Source: Octopus sinensis (taxonomy: Eukaryota). Taken from it: a DNA stretch of 64,000 bases. Made by a program: the position numbers and the translations under genes. Position 1 is the first letter of the stretch. Each line of letters begins with the position of its first letter. The notes under the pieces were generated by a model. It was not told the origin of the DNA and searched no databases. It saw only the letters and a program-made list of their open reading frames with translations. The stretch is taken from positions 43,028,001 to 43,092,000 of the forward strand of contig NC_043002.1 of NCBI RefSeq assembly GCF_006345805.1, written 5' to 3'. Shown piece by piece: positions 1 to 12,761 of this stretch.

Positions 1-2615
1 CAGATAACCAAATAATCAGAGATTGATATTAAACCAGGCAGCAGATTAAATCTACTTCTCAAGAACATTAACAATACATCCTACGTATCTCCCTCACCGA
101 TTCCGTCTACAAAATTTCATTCAGAAATTTTGATTAAAACAAAGCCGTTAGAAGAGATATATGTCTAGAAAAAAAATCGTAGTCGGTCGGATAGAACTCG
201 AAACCACGTAATTGAGAAAATTTGTAAGAGCTTTTGTACCTTTGATGATGCATTTTAGATGTGGTCTAACATGCTCACGAAGTTTAAGCAGGTTCAATGA
301 GATATTCAGATACATTTGCTACCAAAGTTAATTGAGAAGAAACAGATTATGAGATGTTATACAAAACAAACCTCCTCTTCTGTCTAAACTGAAATCGCTC
401 TGTCTTTCTTTCTCTTATGGACTACAACTCTGAACTACATGTATCTTTGTATATATTTCATACATACCACCACTGATAGTCTCTCTTCTCCACTTAAGAC
501 TCCGATATTCCAGCCAAACTAACACTTTATAGACTCGCTAGCTTGGGTGTATTAGCACACGTTTTTCATGCAGAACACATCCTAGTGAAAATTTCATTGT
601 ATCATTATTGTAACCCTTTCCCTCTCCTATGTATGACGTGATACAGAGGACATATTTCCCTGATGTCAAGGCATTATATATGATACATATTACTAATTTA
701 TTCGACTACTGGAGAACATGGGATTTATGAAAGAAAAGATTTATTTAACTCAGAGCGTATGAAAGAAGGGCCAACTAAAAATCTAAAACCTAGCTTGGAC
801 ATTTATGATAAACTTGTAAAAATCTAAGATTAGGCCAAGGGTTAAATTTCTAAATCAGTGAATGCATTTCACTAAAAATCTTTATCTTTTTAGTCATTCT
901 AAGGTCTAATAAGAGTTCGACATTCACTTCACTGAGGAGGCCTAATAAAACCGAGCCGTGTCCGAATTAGATCCTTGTTCTAACCAAAGATCGAACTTGC
1001 TACCCTCTAGATAAACCCTTCAATGTTAAATTCTGGGATTGCCATCTTTACATAGTTTGACAGCACACACACACACACACACACTTAACTAGCAATATTT
1101 CAGCAGTTTATTTAATATGACAGAACGTCTATTTTTGCAGAGGAGAACTGAGGGAAACCTCGTCCCTGACAGGAGTTTAATTCGGAACACGCAGAAACGA
1201 GACACTGAGAATGCTGCGGACGTAGAGAACTAGAGCGTTTCGTGGTTAATAACGTTGGCTATTCCCAGGCTGGATCTGACCGAAAAGGTCTAAAACCAAA
1301 AGCATTTCAAGCGAGATCGCATGTGTATGTGTGAGCGTGCTTGCGTGCGTGTGCGTGTGCATGTGCGCGCGAACGCGTTTTCTGCGTGTGTCAAAGACTG
1401 TTTATTCAATGTGTCATTTTCGTTCGATAGTAGCGTGTCATCTGAAGGAGATTTGGCCGCTATTTCTACCATGCTTGGTAACTGAATAGAGGCTGGCTCA
1501 TTGTGATGATGTGGCAACTCCTGCTTGCTTGATCAGAGACCCGTTTCTGATCCTCATCTGCAGTCATTTCGCTTCAGTTGACATGACTAGACTATATGAC
1601 CAGTTACAACTTTGATAATCCTTAGAGAAGCATGAACTCCATAACACGCCATGACCTATTCAAGTTTAAATCTGAGGCAGTGTGGTAACATGGTCCCAGC
1701 AATTCGATTCCACAAACCGGTTTCTACTGCTGCACTTACTTAGGCCACTAATAATCTTGGGATTAGTATAGATGCCATACAATTGCGTTTCTCTTCCCTT
1801 ATAAATATAACCATATATCTTTGTGAGAAATCCTTTAGCAACGTATCATCAAAAATTTTAAATAAAATAATATGAAATATTTTTTAAAAGTCTTCATAAA
1901 GACAATTCTATGGAAAAGTTATATTTAGGTTATAACGAAAATACAATTAACTAATTTAATCTTTCCGAAGCAACATGCTTTCGACTGAAATTAATGAGAG
2001 CAATTTAAATGTAAGGTCTCAGCCAAAAATATTAGCGATATTTTAAATAGTAAAGAATGAATAAGCAATGTTGATATAAGTACAGGCTACAGTGACTTAT
2101 TTATTATGTAAATATAATATATTTTGTAAACACATTTTTCAACTTTTGGAGGGAGGGCGGGAGTGTGTGCAGCTGTCAGTATTACCATCTTTCAGATGTC
2201 TGGGGTGCATTCTCTCCGAGGTGGCAAAGGCGTCCACGGTTGCATTAAACAGGTATCGGCTACCTCTGGGGACCGTTACCTATTTAAAACCCTTTCTCTA
2301 TCCAATGCATTTTCACAAGCCTGACCTAAATATCTATGCTTGTTTTCAAGTTTTTAGTTACTGGAGATTAATTTATTAAATTTAGTTGATGTGTAATATA
2401 TGATCATAGAATGTTATCACACATGATAATAACTTGTATTAAATGTGATCCACACAGCGGATCATAAATGATTTTTAATACAACTCATACGTATATCACA
2501 TGTAATGCCCTATTTACACACGCCTCAAAAGTAAAACAGACACCTTTCATGATACCGCTTTATCTGTGTGAACACTATTTGGTGTGTCAAACTTGCTAAT
2601 CTATTGTACATGTCA

Positions 2616-2832
2616 GGCGGCAAAGCTGGCAGAATAGTCACCGCGCCGAGCAAAATGATTGGTGGTATTTCGTCCGTCTTTCCGTACTGAATTCAAATGC
2701 CGCCGAGGTTGATGTTGCTCTTCATCCTTTCTGGGTCAATAAAATAAGTACCAGTCGAGCACTGGGATCGATATAATCGACTTAACCCCTACCCCGAAAT
2801 TGCTGGCCTTGTGTCAACATCTGAAACCAATA
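2616..2832 (+). mobile_element. tRNA-derived SINE family A
   Basis: ggcggc.agctggcagaat..gaattcaaatgccgccgaggt..tcatcctttc.gggtc.ataaaataagtaccag consensus, repeated throughout the window. Confidence 0.8.
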
Positions 2833-3059
2833 TATTTTACACACGTCTACTAAATAAGAGATTAACTATTTAAACGTATCAAATGACATTTTGTTTCTAG
2901 ACATAAACTTTTCAAAATTGATTGTTTGTTTACGTTTGAGATGTCTATGTATATACATTAGTCCTTGTTTAGGAATGCGTATCATATCTGATTCATAGAC
3001 GCCAGGGAAATATGACCCGTGTATCACAAGCGATGCACAAGACAGAGAAAGAGTTAAGG

Positions 3060-3215
3060 CAGCCTCCGAGTCCCTTCATTTCTCCACAAAGGTCACAGTA
3101 TACCAAACACGGTTCATATCACCATCCTCCTCTATATCTGTGAAGCCTGGGTGTCCATAGAGCGCTCCTACATAAGCAGCCTTTCCGCACATCCACGGAA
3201 TTACTGAGCGTAAGC
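3060..3215 (+). mobile_element. Short RTE-like LINE remnant
   Basis: LHFSTKVTVYQ / ITILLYICEAW resembles the RTE TK.KVY..LLYGCETW motif. Confidence 0.45.
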
Positions 3216-3498
3216 GTATGCTTTTACTCTAAAACACTTGCAAAGATGAACTGCAAAAGTTTAGAAGCCGATCCACTTGGCGGCAGCTGTATGGAAATGG
3301 TGTTCAAATGCTGGAAATGGATGAGATCAACCACAAAACGACAAAAGAATCCCCAAATATTTTGCAGCAATGGTTGCTACCCTCATCGCATATTCATGTT
3401 CCGTCTTCAGTTATCCAAGATCTCATCGCTAAGGATGTATGACGTTTTAGACTTCGTCATCAAATCTTTGATGGACAACCAATATTTTATATACATGC

Positions 3499-3530
<32 letters not shown>

Positions 3531-3578
3531 GCACGCACATACTTGCGTGCGCGTGTGCACATATGGGTCTATTTATGC

Positions 3579-3609
<31 letters not shown>

Positions 3610-4055
3610 AAAGTTCATCTGTGTGTGTTTTGCTTAGTCGGGGAGAATGGCAATGTGAACACTATTTGGTGTGTCAAACTTGCTAATCTATTGTACATGT
3701 CAGGCGGCAAAGCTGGCAGAATAGTCACCGCGCCGAGCAAAATGATTGGTGGTATTTCGTCCGTCTTTCCGTACTGAATTCAAATGCCGCCGAATTCAAG
3801 GCCTTCAAGATTGACAAGGGTGCGGAGAGAAAGGGATCCGCAAACCGGAGAATTAATCCGAATGCTGACAACAGAGTGAACTAAGGGCAAAGGCACCCAA
3901 AGACCAGATGGTGATTTTAAACAAGACAACAGATATTAAGTCTAATCACCCCAGCAGGCCACCGTCGGAGTTTAATTCAGGGCGCATGCTGGAACGAATA
4001 CTGCAAGGCATGCTGTCCGACGCTCTAACGATTCCGCTACTCCATAACCTTAGAC

Positions 4056-4269
4056 CAGTGGTTCTCAACTATTTGTCGTCTATGGATCTCTTTGATTCCC
4101 TTTTTACTCTTCTGGACCACCACAGCCATTCGATGTCTATAAAAACATCTTACTGTATTTTTATAATTAGGAACTGCATAAAAAAATAAAAAGTGTACTA
4201 TAGAAGTATAAGCAATTTACTACATAAATTTTAACAAAATCTTGCATGGATCTCAGTTAAGAACCACTG
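4056..4269. mobile_element. hAT-type MITE with 8-bp TSD
   Basis: TIRs cagtggttctcaact / agttaagaaccactg; TSD CCTTAGAC at 4048-55 and 4270-77. Confidence 0.85.
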
Positions 4270-5677
4270 CCTTAGACCAGTACTTAATTTGTCAGTCACA
4301 TAAAGGCTCCTTCATTGATCGAAATTCTAAGCTCAACACTTTGGCTCCCGAGCCCTAGTTTTTTTCCCAGGGTTCCAATATGATATCTTAGTTAATTTTG
4401 ATATCAGCGCCATGGTATATTTTACATTATATCATGTATGAGTCAAAGATCACTTTTTTTAGCCACAAACCCTTGGTGGATAGTTTGGTACCTTATGTTT
4501 TATTTTCTATTTAATCATTTTTTCTAAAAATTATTTACCTCAATACATAGTGAAACACAGTATGATACAAAATGTGAAAAATCGAAAGAAAAACCTAAAA
4601 ATGATAATTAAAATATAGAAAAAAATGTTCTAGTCTATCAAAATCATATACTTAAATAATCAAATGGCGTACCAGCTCCCAAAAGTCTCATAGAAAAGAA
4701 ATAACAAAACGACTCGCAGGAGGTTTGCGTAGGTCGGCAAATATGCCACCACGATCCTCCAGTTGGTCGTATAGGAACCTAGGTGTTCATGTCGATTCGA
4801 CTTGCCTTTCTTTTTCCCTTTTCCCTACAGCTAGGACTTAACCAGCAATAATTTAGAAGTTCACATTCCACAGAAACTTCAAAATACTTAAAAAGCATGT
4901 TTTAAATTTTTGTGAGACATTCTGGTCTACTTTTTAACGAGAAGGCTACCAAATTTTATAATCCCTCAGGGCCTCATCGACAGTAGTGTAGCACGGGGTA
5001 GATGGATCGCACTTCTTGAAGTTATGTTGAAGAAGTGGGTAACCGTTTTGGCAACGCAGAGAGCAGCCAAAATACACAATACGATACTGCTTACCATATC
5101 TAAATCCGTCACTATATATATTCGATATTTATTACGACTGATTTAAGTGACAAAGCATCTCTTAAATATGTGGCCTTTGTAGTAGTATAAGTAAAATCAG
5201 TTCCATTAACATTAACTTTCAATGCTGTCAATATAAACCTGCTCTTGAAGAAGAGGAAACGAAATCCGATTTACTTGTTCGCTTCTTTTAGGATAGAGAT
5301 TATGGATAAAAAGTGTTTAAGCGCATGCTTATAGCGAACTTCAGAAGACAGCTAGCATTGCGAAGTCGGAAATTCAGATCTTCCGCACAAATCACACCCC
5401 AATGCAAACATTTTACAAGTGAAATCGTGACTAGTTTCTTCAATATGACAGAGTTTACTTGGTATTACTATTCATTATAAATCTCTGCTGTTGATGAAAA
5501 TATGTTCTGTTCATGCCGAGTCAGATAAAAGAACAGACCTCATGACCCATAGAAGTGCCTCACAGACCAGTGGGAGGAATAAGGCAAATTATTCCCAAAT
5601 CAAAGACTTGGTCTATTGTAATATACCGGATTCCGCTAAATGTACCCAAGAGCCAGTGATGGTTGTGGTGTTAAACA

Positions 5678-5866
5678 GGTTGACCGAGCTGACAGAATCT
5701 TTAACACGCCGGGCTAAATGCTTAGCAGTATTTCGTCCGTCTTTACACTGAGTTCAAATTTCACCGAATTTGCCTTTCATCCTTTCGGGGTCGCTAAAAT
5801 AAGTACTGGGGTCGATGTCATCGACTTCCCCTCCTCCGAAATTGCTGACCATTGCCAAAATTTGAA
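5678..5866 (+). mobile_element. SINE family A
   Basis: Same consensus as 2616-2832. Confidence 0.75.
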
Positions 5867-5952
5867 GTTTAATTCAGGGCGCATGCTGGAACGAATACTG
5901 CAAGGCATGCTGTCCGACGCTCTAACGATTCCGCTACTCCATAACCTTAGAC

Positions 5953-6487
5953 CAGTGATTCTCAACTATTTGTAGTCCATGGATCTCTTTGATTCCCATT
6001 TTACTCTACTGGACCTCTACAGCCATTCGATGTCTATAAAAAAAATCTTGCTGTATTTTTATAATTAAATATTATTAGGAACTGTATAAATTCGTATTAT
6101 CTCTTTCATTTTCACAGACGAAATGCGGTACCTTATTTTATTAAAAATCACCTTAAATAAAAAGACACATATAAGCAATATACAGCTAAGTATTCATAAA
6201 CGACGGAGAGAGCCGCTGTACAGAAGGGACATGATTGGAACGGATCATAGGTCTACGCAATCAGAATTAACATGAGGGGTAAATCTCAAGAAATAATGTT
6301 AATTGCTAGGTAATTATCTTCAATTGATTGATTTCTTCGCAAGCTTTGCATTTTTAACGTTTTAGTTTATTTTTGTTTATTGCCGAACTACAAGTTTTGG
6401 TAAAGCATAAGGTAAAAGGCGTTCCAGCCATGATCATCACGGTTTTTGGAGGGCGGGGTTGTTTTACTTCTATATTAAGAACCACTG
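5953..6487. mobile_element. Longer copy of the same hAT-type MITE family, without matching TSD
   Basis: Left end cagtgattctcaact, right end ttaagaaccactg; left flank CCTTAGAC, right flank TCTAATGA. Confidence 0.6.
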
Positions 6488-7173
6488 TCTAATGAATTAC
6501 ACCACAAGATCCAGTCCATGTTTGTCTCAATGATCCCGAGAGTTATGCCAGCAGAGTGCTAGCTCCAGGTAGGATCTCTCGTGCTAAACAGGTTAAAAGA
6601 TATTGGCCAAATTAATATGAACTCTTTCCAGAGGTAAAAATAGGTCCGCGTAAAGTGGACACCCCTACCCACAAAAGAAGCAACAAGAGCTTATATAGTA
6701 AGGCACGCAGTGAAACAGGAAGTTTAGAATAAAGAAAAACAAAGGGGAGGGGTCGTCCATGGCCTATATTCCAGAGGGAGCGAAAGGGCTTAAGCAAGTA
6801 AAGTATCTAATGAAGTTTGGCTGCTATTTCTAGTAGGTTTAGTGACCACATAGGGATTTCCCTTTTTGGGTCAAGGTATTAGTATCTATGTAGACATTCA
6901 ATATAAAAGTTACCTAACATGTCCGCAATATGAATTGTTTCTAGAATTCCCAGTATAACTATGAGAATTATCAGAGAAACTCACACATATGCATAAATGT
7001 GTATGCGTAGATATTAATTGACTAAATCACCGAGACAGCGTGTTTGGGAATGAGTTGTAAATAAATTCAGATGCATACATTTTAATAAACATTTAACAAG
7101 CGTTTTAATTTCGATGAGCAAAACATACCTGTGTGGTTGAACAACAAGGTTTCTCTGCAGAACTCTGCAGATA

Positions 7174-7655
7174 GACGCAGGCATGGCTGCGTGGTTAAAT
7201 CAGCTCGCTTTGGAAACAAATGGTTTCAGGTTCTGTCCGACTGCGAGGCACCATGGACAAGTGTTTTCAGCTATAGCCTCGGACCTACCAATACCTTGTG
7301 AGTGAATTTCGTGGACAGAAACTGTGTGGAAGCCCATTGTGTGTGGTATACATTTGGGCGAAGGTAAAGAATATGCACACCACTCGTTTTCGGAGTTTAG
7401 GGTTAGGGTTACACCGAAAACGCGTGGTGTGCGTATTCTTTACGTCTGCCATACATTTGTGTGTGAGTCTTTGTGTCTGACCTCTACCTTCGCCACCGGT
7501 ATTCGTTTGTTTACACCCCTTTAAATTCACGGCAAAAGAGACAGAGAGAATGAGTAGCAGATTTTTAAAACTGGAGTCGATCTGCTCGACTAAAACCCCT
7601 TCAAGATGCCCCGTCATTGCTGCAGTCCAATGATTAAAACAAATAAAATGATAAA
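7174..7655 (+). mobile_element. tRNA-derived SINE family B
   Basis: tggctg.gtggt..ggttc.gtcc.actgcg.ggcacc..ggcaagtgt..ctatagcctcgg..gaaact..gaagccc consensus with an internal microsatellite-prone region. Confidence 0.7.
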
Positions 7656-7684
7656 ACCATATGATGTGTAAAAAAAAAGTGCCT

Positions 7685-8300
7685 CTGACGAGCTTGTAAA
7701 GGCAGACGAAACTAGCTAAGCTTGCTGTTCATTCAGGTCTGTAAAGAGAACTTTGTTGTGTAGCTACAGGGTCTATTTGTACAGCAAGTTTGTGTGTAAG
7801 TAATGTGTGTATCTGAATAAACAGGAGAAAGAAAACTCAGCGTGTATGTGTGTTTATTAAAGCTACATATGTAAATAGACTTAAAACTTATTCGCAACAC
7901 GCTATATCCAGTACTGCAATTAATACAAAACTCCAACCAGAGAAGTGGCAAGAGTGGGTGTCACCCAGGACAGCACTTGAGTTCGTCACACACACGCCAC
8001 TATGATATAAGCCCGTACAGGCTTTATATAGCAGACCGAAAAGTATCGTCACCTATAAAGGGCCACCCGGGGTCGAACTGCCCTTCTCACCCTCCGACCA
8101 CCAATCACGCCCCCGACTTCAACTAGTGTTTGTTGTTATTGTTGTTGTTCACAGCATTGCTCATAAATGTTACGACCTATATCTGATGAAGTAAACATAC
8201 CTGAGGAGCATGTAAAGACAGGCGAAACTAATCTAGTTGCTTTTAATCCATTCTGCAGAACTATAATGCTATGGTTTAACCAAACGGTCTATTTGCACAG
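7685..8300 (+). mobile_element. Decayed unit bounded by two ~100-bp direct repeats, each starting with a hammerhead-like core (retrozyme/PLE-like)
   Basis: 7685: CTGACGA-GCTTGT-AAAG-GCAGAC-GAAACTA; 8201: CTGAGGA-GCATGT-AAAG-ACAGGC-GAAACTA (26/30 identical). Both have GGTCTATTTG(T/C)ACAG exactly 85 nt after the core start. Stem I cannot be formed in either. Confidence 0.45.
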
Positions 8301-8365
8301 TGAGGCTAAATGAATATTTATTAACAGTTCCTGTGTAGATTTATTTACAACTTATTCAGATTCAA

Positions 8366-8780
8366 GAGGTGCAAACGTGGCTGTGTGGTACGAAGTTTGC
8401 TTCCCAACAGCATGGTTCCAGGTTCAGTCCTACAATGTAGCACATTGGGCAAGGGTCTGCAACTATAGCCTCAGACCGACCAAAGCCTTGTGAGCGGATT
8501 TTGTAAACGAGAACTGAAATAAGCCCGTCATGTGTGTGTGTGTGTGTATATATATATATACACACACACACACAATATGTGTCGGTGTTTGCCCCACACA
8601 CACAACCACTTGACAACCGGCGTTGGGGTGTTAACATCGCCGTAGTGGTTCGGCAAAAGAGACCGATAGAATCAGTACCAGGCTTTTAAAAATTAAGTAC
8701 TGAGGTCGATTCATTCGACTAACAATTCTTCAGAGTAATGCCCCAACATGGCCGCAGTCCAGTAACTGAAACAACTGAAA
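8366..8780 (+). mobile_element. SINE family B
   Basis: Family B consensus from head to gaaacaa tail. Confidence 0.75.
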
Positions 8781-9786
8781 CTTTACCAAAATATATAGGT
8801 AAAATATGAAAATGCATGACCCAGTGGTTAAAGTACTAGGTTTACGTTCGTTACGCTCTAAGTTCGATTCCTGGATAGGGTAGTGCGTTGTGTCTTTGAA
8901 CAACCGGAAAGGAGTACCAGCAGTAGATAGGGATTAAACCCTTCAAAGATAGGTGTGCCGTTCAGAGGGCAGTCATGTCGTGTCACTCATTTAAACCTCT
9001 CGGAAAGCGAGACAGACACCGGCCGAATAAGCTGTTAGACAGTACCGTCTTGCTAGAATTATAGGTCCCTATGCAAATCAATGAACTGGGCCCTATAATA
9101 TTTATTTATTCATTTATTGACAGTAAACCACAACATACATAGAGTTGTACCCATCAACCCGTGAAGCCTCTGGGCAATTGCCCAGTGTGGTTATGATCCT
9201 AGACAACCCTTCCAACAGGATCAAGGAATTCTTAACTTTTAGCATGTAGGGAAAACACACACATATCACTGTATGGCGTCTGTGTGTGTCTTTTCTTTTG
9301 ACATGAATCTTCTTCGAAGCCAGACAGTTTTATGTGGGTAGATACGGTTGAATACCTCAATATTGCAGCCACAACATGTTACTGATCTTTTCAAAAGAAC
9401 GAAGAGGTGTCTACATGGTCGCTCAACTTTCACACCATACCGTCTTAAAAACCAAAAAAAAATCTAAAGGCATTAGACATTATTGTATTAGATATATTGA
9501 TTTCAAATTTTAGCACAAGGCCAGTCATTTCGGGGGAGTGGGTAAGTGTATTACATGGTTCCAGGTTCAGTCCGACAATGTAGCACATTAGGCAAGGGTC
9601 TGCAACTATAACCTCAGACCGACAAAAGTCTTGTGAGCGGATTTTGTAAACGAAAACTGAAATAAGCCCGTCATGTGTGTGTGTGTGTGTATACACACAC
9701 ACACACACACACACACACAATATGTGTCGGTGTTTGCCCCACACACACTCCCACTTGACAACCGGTGTCGGGGTGTTTACATCGCC
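8411..9786 (+). repeat. Local direct duplication: 8411-8641 and 9554-9786
   Basis: About 11 substitutions outside the microsatellite; both copies share private variants and the (TG)n..(CA)n-aatatgtgtcgg junction. Confidence 0.8.
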
Positions 9787-9934
9787 TCAGCGTTCAAATG
9801 GTAATTATTTTATCGACCCCAAAAGGATGAAAAACGAAATTGAATTCAGCGGAATTTGAACTCAGAACGTGAAGCCGGGGGAAATACCGATTAACATTTT
9901 GTTCTGCATGCTGACGATTCTGCCAGCACGCCTC
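9495..9934 (-). mobile_element. SINE family A interrupted by a copied family-B segment (9554-9786)
   Basis: Family A sequence on both sides of the insert, split at ttacat. Confidence 0.65.
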
Positions 9935-11066
9935 CTTACTATTGTATTCGATATATTGGATGTACAATAATACGGGATGGTCGTGGTAAGAAAGTCTTTG
10001 ATCATAGGTTTACTCAGCCAAAACTGGAGGTGGCGGATTGGATAAAAAAAAAATTCATCAACTCCGAAAAAACAAAATGACAATTGGAACCTGGCGGGAT
10101 TTGAACTCATAATTCAAAGAGACAATTTAATACGGCAACCGTTTTTGTTACCTATCACCGTCTAGGGTACTTTTTCATCAAGGTCATAAAAATAGGGTCC
10201 ACTTTATTACTTGTTTGGAACACTACAGTGTGTGTGAACGACATATAGATATAAATGCTACAATATATGTATATATATTTGTTGTCGAGTATGTATGAGA
10301 AATACTTTTTCTTTAAATAAATATTCATTTTTGTATACAAATTACGAATACATGTATGTTAATGTGTAAATAACATATTGGGGTGTGATTAAAACTTTAG
10401 CAGATTTTTACGTTGACAAAGTTACAATTATTCATAAACACCGAGCATAATATTACACAAATCATAAATTCTCTGTAACAATTTCATGTATGAATAAATA
10501 ATAACAGCTATATATATATATACTAAGATAAAATGTATTTTGGTGACGTAAAACTTTGAGGGACACCTTTCAATGTTTTCTCATCTTTTTATCCACAATT
10601 AGCAAAAAGTGACAAAAAAAATTAAACCGAGAACTGATCGTTATTTTCTTAAAGAAGAAAAGAAGAAAACACGAAAGAAAGGGAGAAAAACGCCAGGTTA
10701 AAACTAATAAATATACTCCTATATTCATGAAAAGATTGAAAACACGAACAGCCTCTTTAATATACTATTTTTTCGTTCATTATAGGGCAACATGATGAAT
10801 TTTTTGACAGTGGTGGAGGGAGAAAAACAACTAAAAACTTGAAAGTTGTCACTAGAAATATTACGCCAAAAAACAAAAACACACACATATACATATATAC
10901 ATACGTATATATATATACGTGAATGTGTATGAAAATTACCTGCAGTTAAATTTGCCGGGTTAACTGGATGTTTCCGAAGCCCTTCCGCTTCTAATCCGAA
11001 AATTAAGCAAAGACGACCAAGTGTATGTATGCACCCTCTCGTACATACTTAGTGACGTTACTTTAC

Positions 11067-11184
11067 CTGTTGCAGCTCCTGCTGATAACTATTGCTTCTG
11101 CTGCTGCTGCTGAATGATATGGCAATAGGCGATACACTAATTAAAGCTTCAGTGAAACGAATAAAACGTATCTAGCGACAACAC
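11067..11184 (-). other. Candidate non-coding (UTR/lncRNA) exon
   Basis: Minus strand ctctatacag|GTGT ... CAACAG|GTAAAG; a second donor CTGCAG|GTAATT near 10938; TE-poor island. Confidence 0.25.
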
Positions 11185-11664
11185 CTGTATAGAGAGCGTT
11201 GTGGTAGTGGGGGCAGATAATAATAAAATTAAAAAGTTGTCAACGTCCCGAGTTCTCCGCTCCCTGGTATTTGTTCATTTGCTTATTTAACCAAGGCGGC
11301 ATTTCTTTCCGATTTTCGGAGTGTCACATAAAATGAAAGAAATTAAAAAAAAAGTATTAATTATATAAGAATGAACGAATTATAAATTATGTGAATGAAC
11401 AAATTATTATTATTATTACTCCTACACACATGTATCATACATATTTATATGTATATGATTCATCTTAAATAGTTCTAATCTTCTTTCTTTTTGTTTCACT
11501 AGTCGTCCGAAGAATCTTATATAACGAGACACTATAACGAGCAACTAATAAACTGTATTGAGTATGTTTGCTCAGCACTTTTTCTTCCACCTGTACAGCA
11601 AACACATTCTAGTATACATACATACTTAAAAGGATACACACACACACAAACACACACACACATA

Positions 11665-12250
11665 TACTCTTTTATTTGTTTCAATAATTTGACTGCGGCC
11701 ATGCTGGAGCAGCGCCTTTAGTCGAGCAAATCGACCCCAGGACTTATTCTTTGTAAGCCTAGTACTTATTCTATCGGTTTCTTCTGCCGAACCGCTAAGT
11801 TACAGGGACGTAAACACACCAGCATCGGTTTCAAGCGTTGTTGGGAGGACAAACACAGACACACAAACATACACACACACAGATACATATATATACATAT
11901 ATACGACGGGATTCTTTCAGTTTCCGTCTACCAAATCCACTTACAAGGCTTTGGTCGGCCCCAGGCTATAGTAGAAGACACTTGCCCAAGGCGCCACGCA
12001 GTGGGACTGAACCCAGAACCATGTGGTTGGTAAGCAAGCTACTTACCACACAGTCATTCCTGCGCCTATATATATTCTTTTATTCTGTTGTTTCAGTCAT
12101 TGGACTGCGGCCATCCTGGAGCACTGCCATTGGTGGAACAAATCAACCGCAGGAATTTATCGGACTGTTTTTGCCGAACCGCTAGTTACGAGGACGTAAA
12201 CACACTAACATCGGTTGTCGAGCGATGATGGGGCTAAAAACACAGGCACA
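11665..12250 (-). mobile_element. SINE family B full copy plus adjacent partial copy
   Basis: Reverse-complement family B at ~11665-12068 and a 3' part at ~12075-12250. Confidence 0.8.
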
Positions 12251-12351
12251 CAAATACATACATATATATATATGTGTGTGTGTATGTGTGTGTATACATA
12301 TCTATCTATCTATCTATCTATCTTCTATCTATCTATCTATCTCTCTATCTA

Positions 12352-12464
<113 letters not shown>

Positions 12465-12701
12465 ATATATATCGAAGTGTACAGTATTATATATCCATTA
12501 CAGCCGATCTTACCAATCGGTTTAGTACTAGGGGTTCCACAGTCTTAAGTAAAAGTCCGATTTTTTTTTAATTAACTGTTTTTAATTTACAGTTCTCTTT
12601 GTTATAATTTAAGACACCACGACCAGGGGACCGTGAAGTCTTGTATGAAGCAAATGGAAAACAGAGCCTTTTATTTTGAAAAGAAGAAAGAAAAAGAGAA
12701 A

Positions 12702-12759
<58 letters not shown>

Positions 12760-12761
<2 letters not shown>

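Larger units (their letters stand above)
2567..3793 (+). repeat. Identical 140-bp direct duplication: 2567-2706 and 3654-3793
   Basis: Unique flank plus SINE head, identical by eye. Confidence 0.85.
3970..5952 (+). repeat. Identical 86-bp direct duplication: 3970-4055 and 5867-5952
   Basis: Identical up to the MITE TSD; the following MITE sequences then show scattered differences. Confidence 0.8.

Noticed and set aside
928-966. Hammerhead-like CTGAGGA-GGCC...CC-GAGC-CGTGTC
   Set aside because: GAAA is mutated and stem II is broken; possibly a fossil ribozyme but not supportable.
4800-4900. Strong + strand acceptor (polypyrimidine-TACAG at 4830)
   Set aside because: Stops in all frames soon after and no donor identified. 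The similar site at 31980 is followed by LINE sequence.
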